From IMG/VR virus record IMGVR_UViG_3300012948_000003, positions 1-64,000 of that record: a stretch of DNA of 64,000 nucleotides; one strand, 5' to 3'. This stretch comes from a virus. The position numbers and the translations under genes are program-made. The notes beneath the pieces are model-generated. The model had not been told where the DNA came from, did not search any database, and was given only the letters and a program-made list of their open reading frames with translations. Shown piece after piece: positions 25,543 to 40,500 of the stretch (positions are counted from its first letter, which is position 1; each line of letters begins with the position of its first letter).

Positions 25543-28500
25543 GGCTGCGCTCTCATTTCGTCGAACTTATCTAACAGCTCTTTTACCGCATCGACTCTCT
25601 TACCCGGTATCTTACCTTTGTCGGCGAGCTTACTGAAGCTCTCGATCTTAGCTTCGATGATATCATCCAACTGGTCACGCTCAGCCGGGCTGGCATCCTT
25701 CATGTAGATACCAACTGCATCCTCAAGGCTCATCTTATGGACGGCTCGCTGGAGAAACGTTGCGTCAGTCATTTTCGAGATAACCTTTGCATCGTCCGGA
25801 GTGAGTATGCCATCATCCACTGCCTTCTCGAATGCTTCGTTTGCTTCGTCGTCTTTGTCTGCCTTCATCAACCGGACGATCTCTCGCTCAGTGTTACGTC
25901 GCTCCTCTGAGTATTCCGTTGGCGGAGCCATCGGTGTCTGTCGCATAATACCCAATGCATGCTGTTCTGCTTTCGTCGGCAGCTCCGAGACAGGACGTAC
26001 CGGGATCGGCGACCAGTATGATTCTGTTTGTTTACGATCTAAGACAGTCCGCTCTGGTAGCTTCTGCCTGAGACCGGGAATACGAGCCATCGTCGGTCCG
26101 AGTAATCCTTCAGGCTTCCGTTGGATTACCCGTCCCTGTGCATCTCGATCAATGAACTGAGCTGCCGATGCCACTGCTGACGGCACGAATCGCGCTGCCA
26201 TCCCAGCAAGGTGTTGAGCCCCGGCTTTACCCGGCGCTACTTCACCACCCTTCAACGCGTGTACTTGTTCGGTTAGCGCTTGAACGCCTCGGAGTAACGG
26301 ATGCTCGCTGACCATTTGGAACATTCCCTGACCGAGTCCTTGAACGGTTCCTCGTTCGATTGCTTCGCCTATCGTTGCACCGAACGTGAGTAGCCAGCCC
26401 CAAAACGGAACCGCTCCAATCTGAATCGCATTGCCGCCAATGTAGAGCGCTCCTCGTTTCTTGTAGTCGTCTTGCATTGCACCTGTCATCAACCCGGCGC
26501 GTTGCATTCCGAGACCGAGAGCGACAAGACCGAGACCGATTGTTCCTTTCGAGACTGCCTTCAGGAAGTCTTGATGTTCTGGCAGGCTCATTACTCCCTT
26601 TTGAAAATCGTTGAAGTCTTTCAGCTTTGCCATTGCTGAAAGTCCGAGATAGTCTTTAAAGATAGTCGTCATCGCATTCACAGGTCGCTTGATAAACGGT
26701 ACTTCGGTAGTAACCGCTAGCTGTAGCATTGAGGCTAGCTTCTGCGCACCTTGCGAGTTTGGTGAGAACAACGGACGACCAGCGACTTCCCAGTCCTTCA
26801 CGTTCAGCAGCGCTCGCGCCAGTGCATTCTGCTGCGCACCAACACCTTTCGTTGCTTGCATCAATGCGTACTCGTGCAAGAGGTCTTTCGGATGCGCTAC
26901 CAGCAGGACCTGCTTACCTAAGCGCTTCGATACTGACATCGGAGTCTTTGCTTGATCAGCCTGAAAGTTGACAACGGTCTCTGCGAGCGTATCAAGAAGG
27001 TTAGCATATTGACCGCCGACCGCTGCCTGAATCTGCGCCACGAGAGGCGGGTTCTGTTTGTAGTGAGCTGCACGACTCTCCAGTGATCCTCCAAGCTGGT
27101 TAGGATCAACTCGTGCGATCATATTCGCGGCTTCTTCCAGCGCCGACTCATAATGAAATCCTCGGAAGAGATTCTCCTTTCCGCCATAGAGGCGATGCAT
27201 ATGATTTAGTAAGCCGTTAGCGACGGGGTCCCCAACATCCGTCTCTTTGTACCACGGTTGCATTAATGACGGCTTACCCTGTGCTATTTCTGCTGTTGCC
27301 TTCGCGCCTTTCTTCGCTCCTTCGATTGCAGCATTCATTACATTGCCGACAGTGAAGTCATATTTCGGAACCTGCCCCTTAGCTGCGGCACGAGTATTCT
27401 CTATCGCCGACGCTAAGAGATTCGCAGTCCAATCCATTCCTTGCTTTCCAGCGAGACCTGCTGCGACTTTGACCGCTCCAGAAGGAGTGAGGAATCCGGA
27501 GAAGTAGAGATTCCTTGCGATCTCTTTCTTCTCCTGCTTCATTCCTTTCATTACTGCCTGAAGTCTAGGAGGTATCTTGAGAGCGCCTTCTTCTTCTGCG
27601 CCGAACTGTTTTATCTGGCTCCAGATCGAATCAAGGTGCGGTTTGATCGCTGCGCCGAGTCGCTTGACCATTTGGTTCGACCAACCAGCAAAGGATTTTG
27701 TCAGCTTGTAGACATCGGCTCCAGTGATGAGTCCGACGTCACCGAAGAGCTGAAGGGGATTCATCGAAGTAACGTTGCCTACCATTGCTTGTCGGACTCG
27801 CGCCCGAGCTTCAGCAAGGAAGCGCGGTTCTCCACCGATGATCGGCTGACCTTCCGTCGTTAGGGATCGCTGCATCTCGGGATTGATCTCTACTGCACCA
27901 ACCTGAATCGGTTCCCGCATCCCTGTTTCTTCGCCAAACATTCCCTCTGTGACAGGTTTTTCTGCCGGATATAGATCGAGGACTCCTTTGCCCATTCTCG
28001 CGCCAAACTTCTTCGTTATCTTCGAGACGTAGTTCGGTATCATGCGGTCATAGAAGCCTTCGAATCCCTCCTTACGCGGCATGTAGGTCCCTTCGGGATT
28101 CGTCTGCATCTGCTTCCATATTTTTGCTGCTAATTCGTCGAGATGCTTCGTCCAGAGTTCAGGAGCATACTGCGACTCTTCACGCTTCAATGTCTTAGCA
28201 AGGATCGATCTAAGACCCTTCTCGGTCGATACGCCAGTAGCGCCCTCCATCAAGACGCCGCGTTGCCGGGCCTGCTCTTCGAGATTGATGTCACCAACCT
28301 GTCCTTGATGCTGTTCCTTTACGTTGACCTTGAATTGCCCTCGTCCTTCTGTTGATTTCTTCCAATCAATCCGTTCACTACCCCAACGATAGTACTGTTC
28401 GCTGCCGGGACTCCACGTAAGAAGGTCGTAACCGTTCTCAGCTGCATAACGCATCAAGCGTCTTAGGGCAAGCGTAGACCAGTCTTCGGTACTACCGACA

Positions 28501-31500
28501 AATGGAGCTGGCGGAATCTTAGTGCCGAGTCTGTCTTCTAAATTTTTTATCTCGCGATGCAGATCAGCCAGTTCTGTATCCCTTCTCCTGCCTTCTTTCT
28601 CTTCCAGCTCTCGACGGTAATCTTTCAGCTGTTGATCAGTAGCTCCTCGCTCCTTTGCCGACCGTAACGACTCTAACATATCGGCTGAGTCGTAATACCT
28701 CGACTGTTCCAGTTCGGTTACTAACCTTCGACGCTGAGCGAGCTGATTAGCCAATTCAGCGTCATAGTCTAACTTCCCAGTCAGCTCCCGGAGCTTCTCT
28801 ATTTCCTCTGGCGTTGCATTACCTTCCCTGCCGATGTACGGAGTACCATACTTCTTTTCGAGAGAAGAACGGTACTCCGCGTATTCCTTACGAGCCTGAA
28901 CAGCGGCTTCTGCTTGTTCCGGTTTAGCCGTTACTCCTTTACGACGTATTCCCTGACCGTAGTCGGACTGAAGCTCTTCGACATGAAACGCTCTCGCACT
29001 ATCACGTCCTTGAGCTTTCAATCGTTCAATGAGTTCAGGGAAGTCATTTCCTAAATCTTCTAAAAGAATATTCCGGTCAGTTGTTCTGGCATGTAGTATA
29101 TTGTACGGTTCGTCTGTCCAGTGCGGCTGTCTGAAGCGCCCGGCTATATGCGCCTTTGCTGCCGCTTCCATTCTAACCAACTTTGACTTTTCTTCAGGAG
29201 TCATACGGCTTGCGAGAGCGCTCTTCGCGAACACGTCTTGAGGGATGTCATATTTCTCCAGTAAGGAATTTCTGTAGTCCATGAACGCCTGATCGCCAAG
29301 CTCGGGCTCAGGGATTGAGATACGGAACTCTTTGTAATTTGTACCACCCGGCGTCTGATACCTCGGTCCGCCAAACCTTACTGTTTTCCCGGTATCAAGA
29401 TTGGCCGCGACAACTCCTTCTGCTTGCTCAAGGTTTCTATGCGAAGAACGGGTATTCGCTTGATTGACTTTATCTATGATATACTGCCGCATTTCCTCTT
29501 CAGTTGGAGCAGACAAGGTATATTGCACCGATCCGGGAGGGGCTTCTTTTGATAGCGCCTTCGTGCCGGGTCCTAGCGTGACCTTCGTGTCGGCGATCTC
29601 CGGTGGTACTGTTATTGTCCAGTGCCTCGCTTGCAGCTCCCGGTATCTTCCTGCAAGCTGATTTATACGTCCTACAAGATACGCTGCTCGCTGCCGATCT
29701 TCGAGAGTTTCGTCCGGAGTTCCAATACGTCGCTCCGTCTCGGAGTACTCTTGCTCGGCATCCATTTTCCGTTTCTTTATGTCTTCGAGCTTAGCTTCGT
29801 GACCTTCATCGCTGAGCGCCGGATAGTACCTGCCTGCGGGTTCTATTGTGACGCCTTCGGGCAGCTTCATTAGCGGAGGGTTGTCCATTACCCGGAACTG
29901 TCGTTGCTGGGTTTCTAGTTTTTCTTTTTCTTGCTCGTTGACAAGCATAACGGTCTCGATGTCCATTGCTCGTCTGCCGTATTTCTCTTCGCCGAGTTCC
30001 CTGATTAGCGGCTCGCGCCGGGCATATAGATCGTCCAGCTTCTTCCAGAGTTCCGCATGTTCCTTATCGAGCTGCGCTATCTTCTCCTGAGCCTTCTCAG
30101 CGTCCGGTCCTTGTGGCGGGACAATGTACATCGAGCGACCTTCGAGATTAGTAGCCTTCCTTACACGTGACAGGTTCTGCTCATCGAGATCATGCTCGTT
30201 GCCTTCCTTGTCGAGATGTTTCCAATCCAGTTTTGCCGCCTCTCCAGCAATTACTTCATTGATCTTGATCTCGTGCCTGTCGATCCAGTTCTTTGCTTCC
30301 TGCGGTGTTACCTTTGCATTCTCACGCTCTTCCTTTGTTGGCGTTTCACCTCGGGCAATCTTTGACTTCAGGTCTATTGCAGCTGCCGCTTTCTTTTTAA
30401 GGAAGGAATTGAATCGGGTTTCTTCCATCTCCGCATCAGAGATGCCCTGACCCTTAAGGAGCTTGCTTAGATCGGAAGCATCCATTGGCCCGGTCATCTT
30501 TGCTTCAAGTGTCTTACGGAGTGGCGAGTAGAACGCTGCACCTTGCCCGTGGAAGGCTTGTACTTGAGTCCAGAGGTCCTTAAGGATTGGCCGAACAGCT
30601 TCGCCAGCCTTCTTCAGCATCTCCTTCGACCAATCCTTAAAGTCTTTTATAGTGTGGTAGGCATCGTACCCGAGAACCATCGCGGACTTAAGTCCGTCGA
30701 TTGGATTGGCAGCGATGTTGAGTTGCCCTTCCTTACCGCTGATGTCGCGGCGGAAGCGCATAATGGTAGGATGATCAGTTGCGCGTCCGCCTAGCTCAAT
30801 GTTTCGAGCCACGTCGGGAGGGGCCACTGCTGCGGCTGGCTCGCGGCCAGCACCGACTTCAGGTACGGCACGTCCAGCCCTTCCTTCTGCGCGTTCTCCA
30901 GCAGCACCTTCGCCGACCAATAGTTCGGGGCCTCGCTCGGCTGCATACTCACTCCCAATTTTGCCAAATACTCCCTTTCCCGTTCCGACGCTGGCCGAAA
31001 TTTCTTTGGAATCATCTAATATCCTCCCAAAGGTCTCACGTCCTGCTTCACCCCTTCCGAGCGCTTTTTCTATCAGGCGTGAGACCTGACCGAAGTCATG
31101 ATACACATGAGACATAGCCGCTGTCAAATCCGACGAGAATCCCTCGTAATGATTACGCTGAAGACGATGGATCAGCTCATGCGTCATCGTTGCCGCCATA
31201 TGACGAGCATACTCTTGCGTCTCTTCGCCTTTCATATAGACGCCGAGATCGATCTTCTTTTGAATGTAGTCTGCGGTAGCGTATGGATTCAGAAGAACAA
31301 TATCCGGACCGGGTGTTTGAAACACCATCGGATGCGGCAGGTTGATCCCGTAATAGTTACTTGCATCGGGCGACTTGTGCGTTCCGAACCCGGCATAGTG
31401 AACATTTTGATAATCCTCATTCAAGGACATCAAGCGATTCCTTAAAATCTCCCATCCTTTCTGAAGCGCATTCGTCAAAGGCGCTGCATACGGGGCTTTA

Positions 31501-34500
31501 CTTAGCCTGTCTATTAGCTCTTTCGGCATCTGCCCGGTTGTATCCACTAGGCGATGCTGAAGCGGACCTGCCTGTGCCCAATACGCGTTCATCAGGTCAT
31601 TAGCTGTCTTTGGGAACTGAGGCTCGTCAGGCTCGGGGGTGTGAGCCTCTTTGATATCCGGGTACAGTCGTTTGAGCGCTTCTTCTTGAGAAAAACTTCC
31701 ATCTGCATGTGTTAAGACGAGACCATCGTCAGTTTTGACAATCCAATCTCCTTCGCGGATAACTCCACCTTCCTCCCAAGACCTCGCTCGTCTGAATGTT
31801 AAGCCCCACGGCGACAGGTCTACTGTCTTTTCTCTCGGACCAACCTCGAAAGACCGTCCGCCTTTGATCTTCGGAGCCTTCTTCAGTGTATCAGTATAGA
31901 GCTGATTCTCTCTTCGGATCGCTTCTCCGGTTAGGTCTCTTCTAACATAGTTTTTGACAGCTTCATCTGTCGCTCCTGATAAATCTTCCCGTGACGGCAG
32001 GAATGGATAATTTGTCGGGTCCTCTTCGGGATTCTTGTGAGCATGCACATCTACCATTATCCTGTTCGGAAGCATTACCGCTTCATTGGTTGGCAGGCTG
32101 ATCTCTTTGACGAACTGCGGCAAGCCGTTATTCAATACTTGTACGCGACCTAAGTACTGTGGGCTCATTTCATCAGAGCCGTAAATTTCTATATCAGCAC
32201 CGGGTACTGTCATACTGCGTATTAGCTTGACAGGGATATTGTCGGGATGCCTTGCATCTTCCGCTGTGATCTGCTTCCCGTTGATATTCATATCGAAGTC
32301 ATACGGAAGTCGATGACGCGCCAAAAACTCAGCTGCTTGAGTTGCCAGACCGTTAGTTCCGGTTTCCTCCATCTGGAACTTTGTATTCTCAGCTTCCTGA
32401 AAAGGCTCGCGTACTTGCAGCCGCAGGAGCGTACCTGTTGGTTCCGGTTTGTCTAAAACGCGAGTCTCAAACTTCAAGCCTCCTTCCATCGGACGAGACC
32501 ATTGCATATACGCTGGTCGGTCATCGCGGTGCAGGCTAGTAACAATAGACTCGTGGTACTTCCCAGTTTCAGGATCGCGATAGACCGTACGTACGTCTGC
32601 CTTTTCAGCATTCCCCATCAACGCGGCTATCGCGATGCCGAGTCCGCCTGAAGCGCCTTGCTCCTTTCCCCACGTGCCACCTATGTTGACGAATTGATTC
32701 TTTACGACATCTGGAGGCATTCCAGTGCCGTTATCTTGAATCCGTATCATTCGGTTAGCTGTATTGACAGTGAGTTCAATGTGTCCTCGTTCACCTTCCT
32801 TGAAGTCCATTCTGCGAAGCGCGTCTACTGCATTCTGTAATCCCTCCTTTACCATCGTCCGGGGAAGATTACCCTTGTAGAGTCCGCCTATCATAATCGC
32901 TTGCAGGCGTGGCTCAATCCCCATCCCGATCTCGCCCTCACGGACCTCGATCTTCGAAGGACGCTCCGGGAATGCTCTACTGAGAAGGACATTTTCTTCT
33001 GATGGATCGTAGGTGCCTATATTGCCAGTGGCGCTCTTGATCTGTTTAGGATCGAAGGCAATATAGGAATCTTCGGCTGTCGGCCACCGCTTCTTGAAAT
33101 CGGCATCAGTCATCCGGTTGCCAAACATGAAAGCAGCCATTAGGTCCCGGTTAACGCCTTCGCGACGATTCAGGTAAACGATTCCATCATAGCCTGAGTC
33201 AGTAATAATCTTTCTCAGCTTCTCATTGAGTCTTTGATGAACCGCTCCGCCTATTCCGGTTTTGGCATATACCCTGTCGAGCAGCTTATCGTGCTCGCGA
33301 TCCGAAATCAGTCCTGCATCGTAGAGCTGTGGGATTATTTCCTCTGGTCTGAAGTTACCGTTATCGACCATGCGCAACGGGTTCTTCATCGAGAGATAGA
33401 CGGGCATTACATTTGTTCCTTCGCCCTCTATTCCTTTTCTGCCCTGCTTCAACATCATTGTTTCGGCAAGGTCGTTGACTTGATTTTGAGTTCCGAAATG
33501 CGTACCTATTTCATCTGTATCGGCTCTTCGACCTTTCGTGTCGAAGGTATGGAAGTCTTCATTCGTGACGTGTTGCAGAACTTTCGGCGAACCATCGGGC
33601 TCCTTCAACCCTTCATAGTTACCTTCAGTGAATTTCTCCAGCGGTGTTCCTAACGCCTCTGCGCCCATTGGAACCTCTCTCATGAAAGGTCCGAGCTTAA
33701 GCCGTTCTTCCTTCTTCTTCGGGAATCTCTTCGCGAGTAGAGTACCCTCCTTTTCGTCTGGATGCGCAATCAGCGCAAGTTTTAGTTGTCTTTGTGCCTC
33801 CTGCGGAAATTCTTTTAAAAGAAAAGGGTGTTCTCCACGAACAGAGTCATATGCATCTTTCAGATAATCGACAGCAGCGGTCGCTTCTGGCGTCATCCGT
33901 CCAGCCTGAGCCCCCTCCAGACCTTTTGCCAGCGATCCAATAGGGTTCTCGTGAGACGCAAGAATGGACTTGACTGTGTCTATTGTATCTTCAAGGTCAT
34001 GTCCCGGCTTACGTGTAGGTAGGATTACTTTCGATATCTCTTCGATTGCGTCATCCAGCATCTTACGACGATCAGGCGTAGTCGTGTGATAGTCTCTCCA
34101 GAACTGAGTCCGTCGTTCTTCGACATCGGCAGGTACCTGACCAATCCTTCTAAATGGAGCTGTGGTCTTGAATGCTTTGACCTTCTTTGAAAGCAGAGGT
34201 TCGTCTTCGGTCGGATGCACTATTTGGTTCCGGTTGAAGATCAGCATCTCTTCTCGCGGACCCGGTCTCATATTCCGCATGATGATCGCGTCGTGACCTT
34301 CCGACTCTGCCCAGTCTCGTAGACCTTGAAGATCATTGCTATCCCGAACTTCATACTTGTTTCCATTATGCGAGTAGACGTCGAACGGTAAGGTCTGCGT
34401 GTTGGCAATAGGATCGACAAACATTCCCTCCGGTGTTTCATCGATTATGTTTAATCGCGGACTCAGCTTGCCATTAACTGTTTGCAGGACCTCTTCGGGA

Positions 34501-37500
34501 TCGATAATCAGCGGGTTCCTGACGCGGACCTGCGTACTAACGACGTGACGTCCGTAGTATCGCGCAGTGTCTTCATCCTGACCAAAGTAAATTCCCTTCC
34601 CGAGACTACCGGGATAGCCGGGCTCGCGCTCTTCGAGATTCTCTGGAGTAAGAGTGTCGTCGTCGCTGCCGTGATGCGCTTCGAGTATTTGTTCGTCCGG
34701 GAATCGTCTTGACAGTTCTGGTTCTTCGCCGGGCTTAGGCACGAGTGAGAGCTTCCGCGTCTTCGGAGTCAGTTGATCAAGAGTTTCTTCGACTAGGTTA
34801 CGTCCGACTGATCGATGCGAGCGTCCAGTGTTGATCGGTACTAGCTCGCCGTATTTCCGAACGTACTCTTCCTTGAGTCTATCAACTCCGCCGCGATAGC
34901 CTTCCTTGTATCGTTGATCGGCGTACCTGTCGAATGTCAAGAGGTATTGATTGTCTAGTTCTTTTAAGTCTTCAGGTGAGAGTGAGGCGAGCTTATCCTC
35001 TAAGCGCTTCTTTAAGAACTTCGCTCTACCGGGTAGGACTTTGCCACCGAAGCGCTTTGCGAGCTGAGGATTGTCCTCGTAGAACTGGTTTAGTTCTTCC
35101 TGCTCGTTGCGTTCCATTTCTTCAAGGTCTGCTTCGAGCGGAGACTTCCCGTAGGGATACGCTGGCTCAGTCGCTCCGTGATCTTGAGGAAATTCGCGAG
35201 ACTCGAATGGTAACTCTAGCTGTTCTGCCTGCGGTACTCCTCCTCGACCGCGCTGTCCCCGCCTTGTCGGTACGCCTCCAGCAATCGGTGGAGGCGATCC
35301 AGAGACTCCGGGGTAAGGCTCGACTCCGGTTGGTTGAACAGATCGGGGAGGTCCTCCTTCAGTCGCTGCTGTACTTCCTCCCGGCTCAAGATTTGCATAT
35401 CCTCTTTCCGTAGCGGATTCGGTCTGTAGACGCGCCCTCTTCTCTTCATAAAACCTCCGGTTCTCTTGTCTGACTTCTAACGCGGCTCGCTGTAATACGC
35501 TTTCTGCCGCATCGCCATAATGTTCGTTAAGAGTCCTGATAACATGTTTCACTAATCGCGCCTGTTCGTCAAGGGAAAGACGGAAATTTGGCGGCGCGGT
35601 AGGTTCGGCTAAATTTCTACTGCCGCCACCTACATGGCCTATTACTTCCATTGCTCGGACTATTGGATCATTGTCGTAACCTTTGGCGGCAAGTATCATA
35701 TCCATTTTTAAAGCCGCCAATTCGTCATGTGTCAGGTCGTTAATATCTTCTTTTTCAAACCCGAACAGTGCATTAGTAAAGCTCGCAACTCGTTCCCGAT
35801 CCTCAAGTCTCGGAAACGAATTACGAAGCACTGTCATTGCGGAATGAGTACCCTCATGACGAATAGTTGTAATAAACGCTCGTAATCCCTTCGCGCCTTC
35901 CATCCCCGGTTCTGTACCTGTATACGGGCTTACTATTTCATACGCTGGTTCGTTCTTTTGATAAGCGTCCACTAGATCGCGGTAAAGCGTATAAAGAGGA
36001 CTACTGGGAGGAAGATCGAAGAACTGTATTGTCTTCCCTAGTTCGTATGCCAGCTTACCGTAGCCATCGCGCTTCATACTTGCGCCGTCCGCCTCTTGAA
36101 CGTCCATTATCGTACCAAGAACTCGACCAGCAGCATCGTTCAGAAAAGCTCGACGTATTCGCCCCGGTCGTGGCGACTCTTCCGCCTGTCGCCTCTGTGC
36201 GAACTTCACCGATATTCTGCGAGAAGTGACATCGCGATCATCCAGCGCTCTGTCGGAAGTACTATTAAGCGATAGCAGCGGAGGCTCTGACGGTTCGCCT
36301 GCGAGATAGCCCGGCAGGTCTCGCTCAAGGTCATCCTGATTAATGAGCCGCTCACCAACCGGGACGCCTTGCGACGTATAACCTAATCCTCTCGCTTCGC
36401 TATGGCCCAGTGCCGCATACGCTACTCGCTCCGCATCCCACATGCGCTCTTGAACTTCAGCAGGCTTGATACGGAGCTGCCGTGCAACCTGTCGCCACGC
36501 TTCATCAGCGAGACGTCGCATCTTGATATTCTCTTGATTTAGTTTACCTCCCCACGGTTGATCGCTGATCGGTCTGCCGAAGTATCGCGCCATCGTGCGA
36601 GCATACCAGAGGTCCTTCGTGATCGGTCCGAACTCTCCCCAGCGATTCAAGATATAGCTTCCCTGCTTTGGAGAACTATCCCCTAACGCAAACACGCCGA
36701 AGGACGGATTGACTTTATCAAGATACTCGTGCTTCTTGATCTTCTTAGCAGCGTCCTTCCCGATCATATCAACGATCTCGCTCCACGGATGCTTTGTAGC
36801 CATCCAGTCGATTGCTGCACCGAGATCGCCATCGAACCTTGTAGTCAGTAGCTCATTGAACCGATTAAGGCTTCGGATATTGAATGCCTTCGTCAGCTTT
36901 GCCCGTTTCGTTGGATGACGTAATTCCTCATTGCCCTTCCGGATGAAAGTCTTCTTCCCGGTCGCTGCATCGATGTAGACTGGTTGCCTTATTTCTTTCC
37001 CGGTCACGGGATCGAACTTCAATCCTGCTTCTCTTCTAGGTACCCACTCTGTCGGAATCCAGTCTGCTTTCTGTCGCGTTCGAGTATAGTAATCGTATAC
37101 TGGCTTAAGTCCGCCGAGTCCGGTAGCTGTGCCTGTACGTACATATTCATCGAACGCTCGCATCCCGTATGCGGTGTCCATACCGGGAGGCTGAGCGCCG
37201 GATGCATACGCAGAAAGCATATGAAGGAAAGAAATCTCCGGATCGGTTAACTGACGATCATAGCGACCTTCCGCCCACTTCTGAAGCAACGGATTAGTTC
37301 TTTCGGTGATATCTGTCGAATAGAACGGCACATAGTCTCGTGCGATCCTTCTCCACGCTCTTATTTCAGCGAGTGTATGCTTGACGATTGCTTCTATTGC
37401 ACGGCGCTGACCAGAAGGCGTATTTAGATTCATTCCACGGGTAACAACCGGACGTCTCGCCCCGTATGCACCGAGCCACTCCTTTGATTTCTTCAGCGCC

Positions 37501-40500
37501 TGCTTCGCTCGACCTGTCCCAACGACCGGGAATGGAGGCTCACCTCGTAGGAAGCGCTCGATCTGTAGAAGCGGTGGTTCGATATCGGGTTCGGGTTCTT
37601 CGACCTCAGCCCATTGAGAGTCTCTCTCTGGCATAACAGGTCTGAAGTGTTTCATGAATAGGATATTGCCTTCGTCATCCCTCAGTTCCTGTTGTGCTCG
37701 CTTGTAGGCTTCGGGGAAATGCTCCTTTGCGACGTCTGGATAATTGGCAAGTAACTGCTCCCAGTCGGTCGGGTATTCCGGTTGCCCTGCATCCCGACGT
37801 CCTACGTTAATCGAATCCATGATTGACTTGAATTTCTCGGGACTAAAGAACGCAGGACCTTCAATGCCGATATCTGCCCACTCGACACGTGGCAGGTCTA
37901 AGTTCTTACCTCTCGCCGTCCAGTGGGATCGTCCTTGTTCATCACGAACAAGAGTCTCGCCATTAGGCAATCGTCCGATAGCAGTGACATTGCCCCAGTC
38001 TTTCCGCCAGCCCGGAATCATAGGAGCGTTCTCGCCCAGTTCACCATGACGTTGCTCAGCGAAAGCATCCTGTTGCTCTTTGGGCGTCATCGCCTTCGCT
38101 GGTGCTTCCGCTGGCTTCGGTGCTCCGACGAAGGCAGGGATACCTTTCTCGATCAGCTCTTCGCCGGGTATTACTGGCGGAGCTGGCGGAGGCAATGTTA
38201 CCGCTGGTGCTCTTGCTGCCGCCTCTGCCTCTTCGGCTGTCGGCTCACCTCGACCTCTGAATTCTTCTGGCTCCTCCCAGCCTTCGGGCAGCGGTCGTTC
38301 CGGTACTTCATATGATCGCGGAGTAAAGCCCAACGAAGCCATACGAGCCCTGTAGTCTTCCGGTGATTCACCCGCGAGACGGTACCCGGCAGTTGACACA
38401 CGTCGTTCAGGACCCGCGTAAGGTGCAGGAACCGTTTCGGGTCCTTGTATTACTTGAGGAGCTGCTGGCGTAGGCTCTTCCCATGCTCCGTACTGCTGAC
38501 GAAGATGTTCGAGCTGCTCCGGTGTTGCTACTGGTTCTTCCGGTGGAGGCACTGCGGGAACTTCTTCCGGAGCTGGCGCACGACGACCCGCTTCGAGTTC
38601 TTCTCTGCTACGCCATCGGACTTGATAGCCAGTTATGTAGTTTGGTACTGCGCCTCTTCTGGTGGTTCGCGTGACGATCTCGCCTCTAGCGCCTTCTGGC
38701 AGATTCGCTAGGAACCTTTCAGCTGATTCTCTGCTGTTGCGTCCATAGACAGGACTCATTCTGTAATCCGGGCGCACGTCGGTCACATCTGAGATATCAT
38801 AGCTTCGTAGGGTTCCGTCTTCACCGATTACCTGTACCTTACTTCCTCTTCGTCTGACTACTTGTAGCGGCTCACCAGTGCCTCTTGTAGTTCTTCCAGT
38901 GTAGTAGACGACCTGCCCTTGTAATGCTGGAGTAGGAGTCTTGATTCTCTCTGGTCCTACGAGCGCTACTGGAATATCCGGACGACCCGGAGACCTCCAG
39001 ACATTATCTTCTCTCTGATACGGATACCATTTGCCTCCCACTTCTATGAAGGTGGTCGGCGTTGGAACTGGCGAGACGAATGGTTCACGGGCTCCCGGAA
39101 GCTCTTCGCCCGGTAGAGGTCTCGCTTCGAAACCTCTCTCTGCTACTTCAGGAGGAGCTGGAGCTGGCGGAGGTGGACCTGTCGGTGGCATTATTCCACG
39201 ACCGCGCATGATGTGATGCAGCTCTTCGAGATTCAGCGGCGGAGTATCATCAGGCAATGAATGAAAGACCTGTCGCTCGACATCATGCAATGGTCGTCCG
39301 AACTGTTCTCGTTCGAGATTCTCCGCTTCCGCATGTGCGCGTTCTTCTGCTCGTGCTCGATGCCATGCTGGAGTCGCTACTTGTAGACGTGCCGTACCGG
39401 GAACTACTTCGAAGCCGCGACCAGCTTCTTCAGCTGCACGGGGTCCACGTATCCTTGCCTCTTCCGCTCGGAACGCATCAGCGAGTTGCTGCTTTCTCTC
39501 GATTGGAAGCGCTGCCGCTTCTGCTGGCGTAATTCCTTGCCCGGCGAGAAACTCATTGAGCCGATTCCTCAGCCTTAGCTGTGCGGCAGACGGAGGTCCG
39601 ACTCCCGGTTCTGGAACACCGTACGCCGCAAAGCCCGGACCTTGTATTGGAGCTTGCTCAGCTATTGCCCTGCCTCGCTCACGGGCTTCATAAGCGGGAC
39701 CATGTGGGCCAGCTAATGCTTCAGTACCGTACATTAGGATGGCGTTCATCAGAGCCTGACGTTGACCTTCCGGCGTTGATAGATCAGGTAATCGACCTGA
39801 TACGATTGCTTGTGGAAGTTCAAATCCTCCGGTTGCTAATGCACCTCGTGCCGCTAATCCTCTTATTCCTCCCCACGGTACTTCGCTGGTAAGAGCGCCT
39901 GCGAGTTTCGCCCCGGCAGCGGTCGTTATACCATGCATGACCGCTTCTCTGTACGGCAGTCCCTGACCGAGAGCTTGCGTAAAGCTCATAATGCCAAGTC
40001 CGACGTTACCACCTCCAGCAGCGAACAACGGAATCAGCTCCGCAGCTGCACCAGCTACTTGTTCTGGTGTAAGCGGACCGGGCTGAGGAGCGCCGGGTCC
40101 TGTTGCTCCGACTTCCTGCCACGCTCGACCTGCCGTGCCCAATGCTCGACCTAACGGAGCAAGCGGTCTCATCTGAGAATACCCCAGCCGAGCATCCTCT
40201 AATAATCTCCCTGCGCCAGACAGCATAGCTCCGCCACCGCGACCCATCGCACCACCTATAAGCTCCAACGGCCAATCTAGTACATCTCCGCCTCTTGCCG
40301 CCAATTGCTCTATGTATGGTAATGCTGCTCGACGTCGTTGCTCTGCTGCGGCAGCAGCTTCCTGCGCCTGTCGCGCTTGCGTTGCTTGCTGTTCTGCGGC
40401 TAGCCATTGCTCACGGCGAGCGGCGATTGCTTCCGGCGTCATCTCGGGCGCACCAGCAGCAGCCATTCGACGAAGCGTTCTGCTTATCGGTTGGGTTACA